DNA from: Vitrella brassicaformis CCMP3155
Lineage: Eukaryota; Protista; Chromerida
DNA length: 64,000 bases
NCBI GenBank assembly: GCA_001179505.1
Contig: CDMY01000878.1
Span: 124,001 to 188,000, forward strand
Direction: 5' to 3'
Shown: positions 11,701-23,791 of the stretch, one piece after another
Position numbering within the stretch: position 1 is the first letter of the stretch
How the letters are laid out: every line of letters starts with the position of its first letter
The notes under the pieces: model-generated
Database searches by the model: none
Seen by the model: only the letters and a program-made list of their open reading frames with translations
Told to the model about the DNA's origin: nothing
Position numbers and translations under genes: made by a program

Positions 11701-13499
11701 AATGAAGTAATCGTCCACACACACACGGAGACACAGAGACCCGGACAGGAAACGACGCTGCTCTGGTTTGTTGTTATCAGACATTGGAGTTCCACAATAT
11801 GGGAGGCGAGATAGCCGATGATCTGTACTTCTTGCTGACGGTGTGGGACTCTGGCATGGTCCTGCGGCCCGGCGGCCGCATCCTGGGGCAAATCGCCTTC
11901 CCATGCAGCCCATCGGCGTGGCGCAAACGCCAAGTGGAGCGCAAGAAGTCGCAGAACATGGACGACGCCCTCAGCGGACTGCACCAACGATCGACCATCA
12001 AATCAGCGGTGTGCAGAATCAGAAAGGTCACCCAGCAAAGTGTTTTCTCTGTGGCCTTTTTGTGTGCAGGTGCATTACCAGCGGTTACACCAGGAGGCGC
12101 GCTTCAAGGTCATCAGGAAAAGGGACGCAACCACAGCAGCCCAGGACGAGAAGGCCTCCAGCCAAGACGACGACATGAGTTTTTCACTCCAGCCGTCGTC
12201 CCGCCAGAACAGCCGCACCCTGGACGACACTGACGCCCCCTTGAAGCGATGTCTCGAAATGCTGCCGTGCTTCCGCAAAGGAGGAGACTACCAGGAAAGG
12301 CCACAGACGCGAGGGATGTTGAAGTTCCAGGTCATGTTTGAACCTGACGAGCACACGGAGAAAATTGCCGAAGAGGACGAAAGGCAGCGCGCCGACCGTC
12401 TGGCAATGATGAACAGAGCGAGCGGCGAGCAGTCAGAGGCTGCCGTAGAGGGTTTGCTGGGTGCGGCCCCCTCGGCTGACACGCTTCGCAACAGGAAGGT
12501 GAGCATTGCGGACGGCCTGGTGACAGAAGCCTTTCCCCTGAGTAAGGGGAGCTATCGATCGGGCAAAGGCGCGGCAGAGATGGTGCGGATGGCTTCGCTT
12601 CTCCGTGACAGTGAAGACCACGGTACTGTCCCGACCGGGGTCCTCGTGAAGTGGACGGACAGTAATGGTATCCCAGCGGACTTGAGAAGCCTCTCTGGCG
12701 CATACGAGATGGCGGGGCGGCAGGACGGCAGGCCGTACTATGCGAAGCCGTCTCGGGACGGCAGCATGACTTGGTATCTGTTCTGGTCTGTGGCGAGGGA
12801 GATGTGGCTGCTGGCCGACGTGGTGGGGTCGACCAGCCCTGTTGCCTTCTCGTCAAGGGAGGAGAGAGACGACGACGAAGAGGGGCAGCCGGCGGCTCTC
12901 TCTCCTGACAAAGCCGCGCAGCCCTGGTTCCTACATGGGGTTGGCCATTAGATGTCAAACAACCGGTGAGACACGAGTCTTCTTGTCGTGTATCTGTGGA
13001 TACCAGGTTTGTATGGAACGGCCACAGCGGATGGGACGAAAACACGGCATTCTCTGTCCTTCCTGACCCTGGTACACACGACCCCCCCAACAAACACAAC
13101 ACATTCCTTGCCTGTGTGTCTCTGCGTGTCTCCCTTGTCCTGCCTGCAGGGGTCCCCCGCTCTCGATTCGAGGTCCCTCTCCCAGGTGCGGTCCCCTGGG
13201 GCACTTACAGACCGCGGCCGCCCAGTGTGTCTAGCCTCCCTCCCCCGCCCCTGCCCGGCGGGATGAAGCTCAACCAAGAGCAGAAGATTCAGGTCACGGC
13301 CAACCAGTTCTCCCAGACGACGGCCATGCTGAGGAAGGGGGCGCGGGGGACTGTTGAGACAGAAAGGGAGAGGGGCAATTTGTCGCGTGAGGGGAGTCAG
13401 AGTCTGCAGCAGATGGTGGCACAGGCCATCAGTGGGGATGCGGGGAATGGGTGTGAGACACCGCACTCGGCTGCCTCACAGGCGCCTTCACCGAGATGA
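8732..13499 (+). CDS. AMT: Ammonium transporter (Amt/Mep) with a long cytosolic tail containing a C2 domain and a Trp-rich module
   Basis: Spliced protein: LMQMGFGFVEL..KSRVNIFLKNLMD, FGLTFA, ATAGTIDSGALAER, DFAGGATIH, CWYGFNCGS, LSGLVSVTAG, DDVVLAIPVHG, LRIDLEEELEGLDAAHGE. It continues in frame across canonical introns into FKVRIIQA..NPYVEVQF..QPTWNETLEF..FLLTVWDS..LGQIAFP..GMLKFQVMFEP. The last two exons (13007-13499) depend on the donor choice near 12927-12966. Confidence 0.9.
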
Positions 13500-13760
13500 A
13501 TGGAGGTTTATTGTTCTTGGTCCACATGGTGTCGTGCTGGCCGGGTGGGGGATGCAGTGTCGAGTTTGTTTTGGTTTGGTTTGGCCATACGTATGTGTGG
13601 GCAGTGCAACGCAGTGGACTGTGTGTGTGATGTCTGCATGGCACGAACGGGCGAAGCCCGTCTACGTGCGGCCTCTGCGTGCTGCAAGGTGTGTGTCCAT
13701 GATGCATGCGTGTGTGCGAAGACGTGAATGCGTTCGCGTTTTGTGTGGTCGATTTTTGGC

Positions 13761-14060
13761 NNNNNNNNNNNNNNNNNNNNNNNNNNNNNNNNNNNNNNNN
13801 NNNNNNNNNNNNNNNNNNNNNNNNNNNNNNNNNNNNNNNNNNNNNNNNNNNNNNNNNNNNNNNNNNNNNNNNNNNNNNNNNNNNNNNNNNNNNNNNNNNN
13901 NNNNNNNNNNNNNNNNNNNNNNNNNNNNNNNNNNNNNNNNNNNNNNNNNNNNNNNNNNNNNNNNNNNNNNNNNNNNNNNNNNNNNNNNNNNNNNNNNNNN
14001 NNNNNNNNNNNNNNNNNNNNNNNNNNNNNNNNNNNNNNNNNNNNNNNNNNNNNNNNNNNN
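13761..14060. other. Assembly gap (300 N) followed by a 21-nt poly-C run
   Basis: N run seen directly; C21 at 14061-14081. Confidence 0.99.
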
Positions 14061-14521
14061 CCCCCCCCCCCCCCCCCCCCCTGCCGACCGTGCCTCTCTT
14101 CACGTATGCACATCGCTTTGTTTGGTTCGTTTGCATGGGGTGCGTGTAGACGTGTGCGTCAAAAGACATTCACACGTTTGAGGCCAATCACACGATCGAC
14201 ACGTCGACTCGTATGTATGTATATACATGCACCGTCAACACGTGTGCGCCCATCGTCGGCACCACACACATATACATGCACACAGGCCACACCCGGTGAT
14301 CAATGACCCCCAACTGCCACTGTCTGTCTGCCTTCCAACGCACGCACGCACGTCAGACAGGCCCTCACTCACTCATGTGAAGTATGTCTTATGGGCAATG
14401 CCATGATGTGGTCTTTCGGTCCACAGTAAACGAATGACAGGCAGATATATGTGCAGGAATCCATCCATCCATCCACAGCACGTCAGATGCATGCAGCAAC
14501 CAGCTAGGCAGACAACCGCTG

Positions 14522-17194
14522 TCACCAGGCTTCCTCGTCCTCTTCCTCATCCAAGTCCACCGCCGCGCTCCCCTGCTGATGCCGCTGCTGCTGCTGCCGC
14601 TGCTGCTTCTCGTCGTCTCCCCATCCATTCCAGTCGCCCCACGGTGGCCTCCATGCACCTGGCCTCCATCCACCGCTCTCCTGCTTGCCGTCCTCCCCAT
14701 CGATGGCGATGTCCTGGTCGGTGGTGTCGTCCTGGTCGGCGTCAGAGTGGTAGGATGGAGGCGGGGTGAAGGAGACGGTCACCATCGACGGCTGTGACGG
14801 GTCGGCGAAGCGGAAGTGGTGGTCGTCGGCGAGGACTTGGAAGAGCGTCTGCTGGTCGTTCAGACACAGGCGACGGAGCTACACACACACACACACACAC
14901 ACACAAGGCCCCACAGGCAGGCAGGCAGACAGGCATCGATTTATCCGAGCTGCGTGTCTGCCCAGTCTCTCACTCACTGACTTCTTTGGCGCTCTCCGTG
15001 TCTTCCCCCCACACCTTGATGAGGTCGAGGGTCTGGTCGGGGATAGACTCGGCCTCGAGCTCCTCTTCGGTTGGCAAAAAGGGGCTCCACTCGACCAGCT
15101 TGCTAGGGGGCCTGACACACACCGGACACCACCGAGCCACAGTGTGTGTGTGTGTGTGTGTGTTGGTATGGTGGTTACTCTGCAATGTACTGGACAAGAC
15201 TGACAATCCGAGACTGGCGAACGAGGACACAGAGAAGCGGACAGTGACGCTCGTGATAAGGGTGCGTGAATGGATGGCTCCCTTCTCTCTCTCTCTCTCT
15301 CTGCCTGTGGGTGGCTCGCTCACTGTTCGGTCGTAGCCCTCGTCCCTCACGCTCGGCCACCAGAAGGAGTCAAAGTGCTTCCATTCCCCGCCCTCGCCCC
15401 CTGCACCAGTGGCTGTAGCACCGCCATCCTTCCTCCGAAACACGGCACACTGCGAGCAGCACCCATACGCCTGGAACATCGCCCACGCGGCGTCATCTGG
15501 CGCACACTCGCTCGTGTACGGCACGTCCAGCACTCTTGTCGTTGGTGCGGCTGTGGCTGAGGCGCCAGTGTGGCTGTCGGGCGACAGCAGCCTGACGATG
15601 CCGAACGGCTTGCCGTGTCGCGCCTCGCTGAGCGTGGTCGGGCTGGTGTAGATGAAGGGTGGTGTGTTGGTGTTGGAGGGAGGCAGGATAGAGGGCGGCG
15701 TCGGGTGTGCCGGTGGTTGTCCGACGCCGACAAAGAAGACGTCATACTTGGGGTAGCTCTTGCAGACGGACAGGCACCACTCCTTTCGTCACACACGGCG
15801 CACACAGACACACACAGACCAGCATTGGCGAAGGGCAATTTTCTTGCGCTGGCGTGTGTGTCTGTGCGTCTTGTCACCTGGAACTCCTGGCGCGTCCACT
15901 CGAACTTGTGATCAGAGTCGCGAATGAAACTGCAGACAACACACATGGACACACACACATTGACACACATATGGACACGCAATTGCACCATTTGTTCGTT
16001 CCCCACTGTGTGTGTGTGTGTGATGTTTGCCATTACGTTGGTGTGTCGGAGAAGAGGGGATTGAAGTCCTTGTTAGGTGTGGTGACGAGACACATGGCCG
16101 GGCAGAGGTCGCCAAAGACGCTCTTCGCGAGGGCCGGCAGGTCAGCAGGCTGCAAGTGCTCAATCCTGGCGAGTAGCGTCACACACATGAGATATGGAGA
16201 GAGGGATTTGTGTGCCGTGCATGTGGGTGTGGGTGTGGGTGCGTACACTTCGATGAGCGTCACTGCGTCGGGCCAGCCCTTGTACTCCTGTGACGAACAC
16301 GATGAATGTGTTGTTGGTATGGTTCGGGGTGTCTATGCTGGGGCTCACCATCGGCACACGCAGAATATCCCCTGCATCCATCCATCCGAAGACAGCACAG
16401 GCATCCACCCACCACCCCACTCACTCAGCCACCCAGCAGCCCTCTCTCTCGTATCATTCTCACCTGTGAGCAGCCGCAGCTTGAGTTGGAAGTCCCGCCG
16501 CCACGCCGCACACAAGTGCCGACCGAAGGGGGTCACACACCACTGGCAGACACGCACGCACCCCACACCCCACGATGAATGCAGCCAACGATATCCAACT
16601 CACATCCACGCCTCCTTCTCTGCATGTGCGTGGCGTCTATGCCATCTTCACTCCCTCACTCTGTCGCTGTCGAACAGGGCATCCTCGTCGATATCGACGC
16701 CAACCTGCCACAAACCACCACATACCACAGCACGGCAGCTGACGTCAGTAAGGAAGGAAGGGCGCGGATGCATGGATCTGGTATGGTCTGGTCTGGTCGG
16801 TTGACCTCACCACTTCTACAGTATCGGTGTCGAGGGCGTTGTAAAGGCCGATACGGCCAAGAAGCTTCCCCTCTCCACAGCCCAAATCAACAACCTGACA
16901 CCAACCACACCACACCACACCACGCCATACCCATCCTTGCATCCATGGATCCATCCCATTCGGCCCTCCAGGCACCTTGTGAGCTCCACACGCCTCCAGA
17001 AGGTCGATGGCCAGCCGCATTCGCTGCAACCACACCGGGCTGCCGAATTTCACCCCTCCGCCGCCCTTGGACGGGCTCCCGCTGCCCTCCTCGAGAGCCC
17101 GCTCGCCGATGCCCTTGTCGATGCCGGCCTTGTCAGCGATCGGGTCAGACTTGCGAATGCCAGTGGGCCCGGTAGACGTCGAAACGCGGTTCAT
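14522..17194 (-). CDS. HEN1: Small-RNA 2'-O-methyltransferase HEN1/HENMT1-like with an acidic C-terminal extension
   Basis: FGSPVWLQR, VVDLGCGEGKLL, LIEV|IEHL (joined across an intron), VTTPNKDFNPLF, RDSDHKFEWTRQEFQ, SQCAVF are all hallmark Hen1 MTase motifs. Confidence 0.9.
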
Positions 17195-17455
17195 CTTGTC
17201 GGATGTTCTACTACCTATGCCAGACCATTCAACGACAAGATGCGCGGGAAGATGATGTGTACGCAGGAGCCGCAGATGCAGGTCTACCTGGAGCTCAACG
17301 ACCCGCTGTCCTCGTGCGTGGCTCAACGCACCCGAAGCTGGAGATCTATCTGCAGATCTGGACCTCTATAGAGAGGGCAGGTCCCAGCAGGAAACGGCAG
17401 ACGACATTCGGCTGCATTAAGAGCTGAGTTTGAGGAGTTCTCCCTTTCGCGAACT

Positions 17456-17465
17456 GTAGCTCGCA
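17456..17465 (-). promoter_or_regulatory. Near-match to the motif (TGCGAGCTAC) upstream of HEN1
   Basis: About 260 bp upstream of the HEN1 start. Confidence 0.35.
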
Positions 17466-17842
17466 ATCATTTGAGGGTCGAACCCATGGATTCGGCCGTA
17501 TGCATCGATTTGAAATGACTGCCGCCTCATACACGACAGCCCTGCTTTCTTTAATCAAGCAACCGTCGGCAAAACGTACACAGATCGACTCGAATGATTA
17601 TGCAGTGAGTCCACGCAGGTGTGTAGAGGGGCTGTGCGTTGTCCATCGACTTCATGTACATGTGGACATGAGCACCCACACGCAGGCACTCAATATTGAC
17701 ATCTACACATGCAGGCCGTCCTGAGGCCCTCGTTTGAGCGTGTCCATACGCACGGGCATGACGATGAAAACGACACGCGTCAAGTCTGACCGTACACCAC
17801 AAGCACGCGCAGCACTACCCACCTCTCCCACTTGTCGCCTCC

Positions 17843-20800
17843 CTATTGGCCCTTAGCTACCAGATCCAGCGTGAATGTACAAAACCCGAGGATACTCTCC
17901 GCCCACCCTACTACCTCAATCATGTCACACTGGATAGTGAGGCTGTCGAGTGAGTATGAAGCCATTACCCGCTCATAGCACTCACACGCCAACGCACGCA
18001 CCTCCTTCTCTGCATGGGCTATCTGCTCCTCATCTGACGCCCCCTCCTCGCCTAGCTCAAACTCACTGGGATCGAGCTGCAGTCTCAGATGCGCTTTGGA
18101 TGGCCGCACGTGGGTCACGACACTCATCACCGACAAGGCCTGATCTTTGTTGAGATCAATCAGATCTTCATCATCGCCAAACGACAGCGATGTCACGGCA
18201 GGGCGTGCGAGTGGTTGGCATGCATGAGGCAACGCACGCACGTGATGGCCTAAAACGACGCTGACCTCATCGATGCGCTCAGTGGGAAGCAGTGGCAGGC
18301 ACTCAGACAAGACAGAGAGGTCAGAGGTTCTGAACTGGACTGATCTGACGTGGCGCAGGCTGCCTAGAAGTGTGCTAAGCTTGTTGGGGCCGGCAGGAAA
18401 GCGCCAGGCGCCCGCAGGGGGGTGGGCTCGGTAGGACAGATTCGCCAGGTTGGACTCGAGGCGCTCGACTGCGGGAAAACAGACGTTGTTGCCGTCCTCG
18501 TCGACTTCGGTCAGGAATGGGGGAATGCTGTCCGACACGATCTCCGCGCTCTGCACGCTCTGACGGCCCTCCTGCGAACGGCCGATCCACAGCTGCGTCA
18601 CGTTGGGAAACTTGAGCACGTCCTTCCACGACTCGTCCAGAGGCGTGCCGCCACAGAAGAGCCACACCTGAGACGAAGGCAGCCATACATACGAACCATG
18701 CGATTTGATTCTTGTCTGTCATTCGTTGTCCCACTTACCTCCTCAGCTTGTTTGGCGACTTGGTTGACCACGTCAGCTACAGGGCCACGCACAGCAGGGA
18801 AGACAGTCGACGCCTCCTTGCTGCAGTCGACTCTCATGCACTTGCCGTAGTTCAGCTGCCACTCGACCGTGGCGCCGACTCGTCGGGCCCACGCGAGGAA
18901 GTCGGGCAGGGGGCGGGTCAGGTCGCCGAAGTTGTGGTTGATGGGGCAGTCGTACACGAACTCGATCGTCTTCTTGACTCCTGATTGATGGATGATCGAA
19001 AGACAGGGCGTCAATTCATGCATCGAGTCAGGTCTCTCCTATCCCCTTTGTCCGTCATCTCATCTCACCTTGCATCTCCGGTTTGCTCCAGAAGTTCTCC
19101 AGAGATCTCTGCAGCTCAGCTAGATGACCATTCCTCAACGCACGCTCGCTGACGCGCACCCCGCGGATGGTGGTGAGCCGCTTGGACTTGCCCAGGGCAG
19201 CGATGAAGTCGGGGCTGTCGTGATCGCACACGATGTTGACGGCGAGTGTCATGAGCTGAGGGGAGGAGCTCGCGATGTGGGTGAGGCCCTTGAGAGCCCT
19301 ACGAGGGACGCGGAGACCTCGGCAGTCTTCCAGGGCAGGGAAGGTGGTCCATGTGGCTTCACTGCAGAAAACAACAACACACAGATGAATGTGTGTGCAT
19401 GGTCAGCCTGACTCACCTGAAGTATATGATCCACGTGTCGCATTCCACGTGCAGGTCGGTGAGTGCCGTGAAGGCCACCGGAGGGGGCGCACACCACGCC
19501 GCACGGAAGTTGAAGTTCCCGCCATCGCCGTTGATGTAGAGGTGTGTGAGGGATGTCTTGGCGGCCTCCAGACATGTCGCTACGAAGGAACGACGGCTCG
19601 AGTTGTGGTCCTCGTACGGTCCTGCAGATGACGGGATGTGGGCTGTCGTGACGTTGGCCTGAACCAGACAGACAGACAGATCCACATACACGCATGGATG
19701 TCGTGGGCGGATGTGAGCGGCACGGTGTGGGTCTCGCTCACCAGTTTGCCCCTCAGACGTGTCTCTGTGTCCAGGTCGAGGTTGTTCCACGCCTTGGCCT
19801 CCTTCTCAGCGATGGTCAGGTTGCGGTAGATGCCGAAGGGCGTGGCCTTGCTGCTGCCGTCTTGGGCGCTGCTCGGGCGTTGGCTGTCCGAGTGGTAGTC
19901 GGCTATGCTATTGATGCCCTTGTTGAGGAGACAGAGGACGGTGGCCTCCCTGGTGGTCAGCCACGAGGCCATGTCACACAGCAGCGGGCCCTCCAGGCCA
20001 CACAGACACGGCCCACCGACAACCTGACACACACACACGCACGAGTAGCGAGTGTGTATCTTAAGGGGCTTTATGTGTGTCGAGGCTGACGTTCGCGTGT
20101 TGCTGATGTTGGTCGTGTCCCTGGTCGTCTTGCTGGGGGCTGCTCGACACATCAACTGCAAACACAACAGCGAGACAGACAGACGGACGGCGTTGGGTGA
20201 ATCGATGCATGAGAGTTTGATGCACACACTTTCTGTGTCAATCGTCAATACGTACCACCTCCACCACTAGCACCAGCAGCAGCAAAGGTAGCATGCTGAC
20301 CCGGTCGGTCCTCCACACGCGCTCGCTTGCTATCCGACACACCAGCTACCTGCACACACAAAGAGAGGATTAGAGGGCAGATGGTGGTTTGCCTGACTGG
20401 CTGTTGTCAACACACACACCGATATGGATGATCCATGGGATGCCTTCTGAATCCTTTCCACGGTCAGATCATCCGCACGACCACTGCAGTCGCCCTGTTG
20501 CGCAGGCAGCACACGCACATGACACACCGCAGTTGCAATGCATACCTCTGCCACTCCGCCCTGTGCGTGAGTGGTGTTGTGTATGTTGCTCAGACAGTCG
20601 GCCGCCTCCTTGAGGCAGTCGCCGCCACGGCTCGTGTGGCCCACCGCCACAGACAGGTCGCCGACCGTCAGTGAGGCGTCATTGCCAGCTACCTGAAGCA
20701 ACACAAGGATGGATACATGACATACGGAAGACACCAACACACATACCACCCGCCCCACTCACTTGTGATTCAAGTGTATGGATGAGCGTCTTGATGCGAT

Positions 20801-21220
20801 CTATCTCATGTCGAAACTGACGGAGGCCCTCATCGCGATCAGCTTCCTGTCCACAAAGACATACACACACACACGTACACTCACGCCATCCAGCCAGTGT
20901 ACGCGGCATCAGGCGGTTCATGGTAACGTACCGGACGGGTCGGCCCGTCGTTGCCATCTTGCTGCATAGCTGCAGCCTGCGGCTCAATGACCTCGTCTGC
21001 ATGACCACAAACAACACAATCCGCATTGAATGGTCACCCCGGGCCGGTGCTGTTTCATGTGTGTCTGTGCACCTGTGAGTGAGGCCCTCAGCCGCAGATG
21101 CCTACGTCTGCCCTCAAGTGCTGCACGGGCAGCCAACCAACGCTGATGAAGACCTCCTGACCGCCTCCTGAGCACACAGCGGCCGCATAGCCTAGCGCTG
21201 CAAGTGACAGAATTCATCAT
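17843..21220 (-). CDS. Lineage-specific F-box-like / LRR-like protein (multi-exon)
   Basis: Exons link in frame from MMNSVT through a coiled-coil (EGLRQFRHEIDRIKTLIHTLESQ), SKRARVED and an F-box-like segment (LEGPLLCDMASWLTTREATVLCLLNK), then LRR-like repeats (SLTHLYI, LTDLHV, FPNVTQLWI) to the stop at 17843. Confidence 0.6.
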
Positions 21221-21307
21221 TTCCCATGATTTCTGTACCCTCCCCCCTCACCTCTCGCTCAGTCGCCATCAAATCACCATCGCGAGGTTTTGCTTCCTTT
21301 TTTTCTC

Positions 21308-21317
21308 CGCGAGCTCA
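21308..21317 (+). promoter_or_regulatory. Candidate promoter motif (CGCGAGCTCA)
   Basis: Between the divergent starts at 21220 and 21482. Confidence 0.5.
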
Positions 21318-21481
21318 AAGAGGATCGCGAAAGGAAGGAAAGGGGCAAAAGACGGCAGACGATGGGCTGCAAGACCGTTAGGAGGGATCTGGCCACTGCA
21401 TGTGTGGCGAGGATGGAGAGGATCTGGCTGCGGGATGGATAAGTGGGCATCAGCGGGTCGGCGGTTCGAGGAGGTCTTCTG

Positions 21482-23791
21482 ATGGCGAAACGACACTGCT
21501 CGCGTCAAGAGCAGGTAAGAGAGAGGGCGGGAGGCAAACAACAAAGAGAAACCGCGACCCAGGCTGCGCTTTGTCGTGTTTGCCTCAGCAGGAGGATGTC
21601 GATGGGATGTTGGTTGACGATGATGATGATGGGCTAGTGATGGATAGCGATGACATGGACACACCGAACCATGGACAGCAGGTGCGCCGACACCCTCAGA
21701 CCACCTATCTGCATCGATATCCACACACAAGTTCAACCAAACACATGGGGCCGCCTGCGTGTGGTGGCTCGTTGCTTCTGCAGTCCTCTGGATGTTCGCT
21801 TCCCCTGTGGACAATCCCGCCCGACACTCTCTCTACCATCGTCGGCCCTTTGCTAGGGACGCAGTACATCATCGGCACCCTCTCGGTCATACGCAAGGCA
21901 TTCGCGACCATCGCAACAGACCCCTCCACCCACCTCTTCGTCCACGTCCAGACCGCCAAGGCCATCCACCTGACCGACATGCAGCTCAGCGTATGGCTCA
22001 CCCGACTGAGCAAGACCAAGCGCGCCGTGCTGCTCTGCCCGGTGACGGAGAGCATGGTGCGTCTGGTGGAGAGCATGCGCAACACTGTGGCCTACCTCGA
22101 GATGGATGAGCCGGCCGGACGACTGCGCTGTCCGTCCAGGCAGCCATCGCCATCCGGCCGTCGGGAGGAGTCGCGGATGCAGTTTGCGGCGCTGGAGGAG
22201 GTGTGTGTGGGAGGCGAATGGGTGCGGGTTGCTCGTACCTACGGATGGGCACTGAGGTGACTGACACGACGCACCGCGGGCGCGTTCATACAATGCCGCA
22301 CACGTTTGTTGGTTGTGCGCCGTTTCAGGTCGCTTGTGTCGCTGAGCATTCGCGACGGGCCGTTGACGGGCCGGTCGTCGTTTGCCTCGGGTTGCTACGG
22401 CATGTACTGGCGGAGATCCGCTTCGGCGCTTCGGTCGCTGACATACGACGACAGCGGATGCTGGGACTTCAGTCGCAGCCGCGCCCATCCCGACCATCTG
22501 GCGCAGCTTCTGCGGCCAACCAACTCCGTGCCTCACCTGCACGCCCTCAAGTGAGGAGCATGATAGAACCGAAACACGCGCGTGTATGTGTATCCACTTA
22601 TTCTCTTCTCTCTCAGGCGCCTGCGCTTCACCAGTCAGCAGTCGTGCTTCACCCACGGAGGCACACAGCTGCTGGCTCAGCGGGGCCTCAGGCTGGAGGA
22701 GGTCGACATCGCCCTGTCCCCCGGATACCTGTCGACCCAAAACATCAAGGTACGATCTTCATCCACAAGGCGACAACCCCTCACGCATTTATCAAGACAC
22801 AGTCCTCTCTCTCCCTCTGTGTCTGTCTGTCTGTCTGTCTGTGTGTCTGTGTCTGTGTGTGTCTGTGTGCGGCGTGTAGGATGTCGATGACTTTCGCCGG
22901 CTGTGCCTCGCGCCCAGCGGCACCGAGGACTGGAGCAGGAGCAACATCATGTTCGAGCTGCCACTGCTGTGGCAAAACGTGCCCACGGAGCCGGTGTGGT
23001 GGGCGAACGGGGCGTCCGTCCCCACCGTCCAACTGCTGGCCTCTGCCGCTACTCATGTCGGCTTCGGTACATACTGGCCTGCAGGCGAGACCTTCCCCGC
23101 ACTCTACAGCACACTAGCGTCGCTCGTTTTTTGTCGAGCGCAAGAGCTGATACTCTTTCTTTCCTCCCCGTCCACAGACATACCCGAGGCCGTGGTGGCA
23201 GACGTGCCGCGCCTCTTGCCGTGCGTGAGGCGGGCAGAGCTGCTTTTCGAGCACCTGGCTGACCTGTCCGTGCAGAGAATGCTGAGTCAGCTGCCGATGC
23301 TCGAGGCGCTGGTCAATACGTTCTGTGTGGTTGATTATGTGGGTGAGGTGGAGATGTGCATGTGGGTGGACCAGACAGAGAAGGACAGGCCGATAGATGA
23401 GCGCGTTCACCGCATCATCGTCCACTCGCACTTGCACTACGAGCAAGGCGACACAGAGAGTTTCGACTTCTACTGTGGCGAGACAGTTTGGAACTGTGTG
23501 CAGGCGATTGGCGTTTTCCCTCGCCTAGACAGCATCGATGTCGACATCACGGTGGAGGGGCATCTTGCAGGGGGCGACATAGTGAGCATGCTGCAAGAGG
23601 TCACAACGTGCCGTCCTGACTTGGCGGATGACCATCAGGTAGCTTTTCACCTCGTGCTGCATGACCATGGCTTTGAGATGGTCGAGCTGCCCCGGCTGGC
23701 ATTCGACTGTCGTGTGGAGGTGCGGCGGCTGGGCCTGCCCGTCCCCTCACAGAAGCGCATCACTGACTACTTCTCTGTGGCCAACCAGTGA
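21482..23791 (+). CDS. F-box-like / LRR-like protein with C-terminal PIP box (paralog A)
   Basis: Short first exon MAKRHCSRQEQ; F-box-like LWTIPPDTLSTIVGPLLGTQYIIGTLSVIRKAFATIA; ends QKRITDYFSVANQ*. Homologous to 47518-49624. Confidence 0.7.

Noticed and set aside
13354-14306. Long ORFs spanning the N gaps (also 27417-28572)
   Set aside because: Artefacts of N translated as X.
17220-17371. Plus-strand ORF upstream of HEN1 (MRGKMMCTQEPQ..)
   Set aside because: Short, no homology cue, and it lies in the presumed HEN1 5' region.
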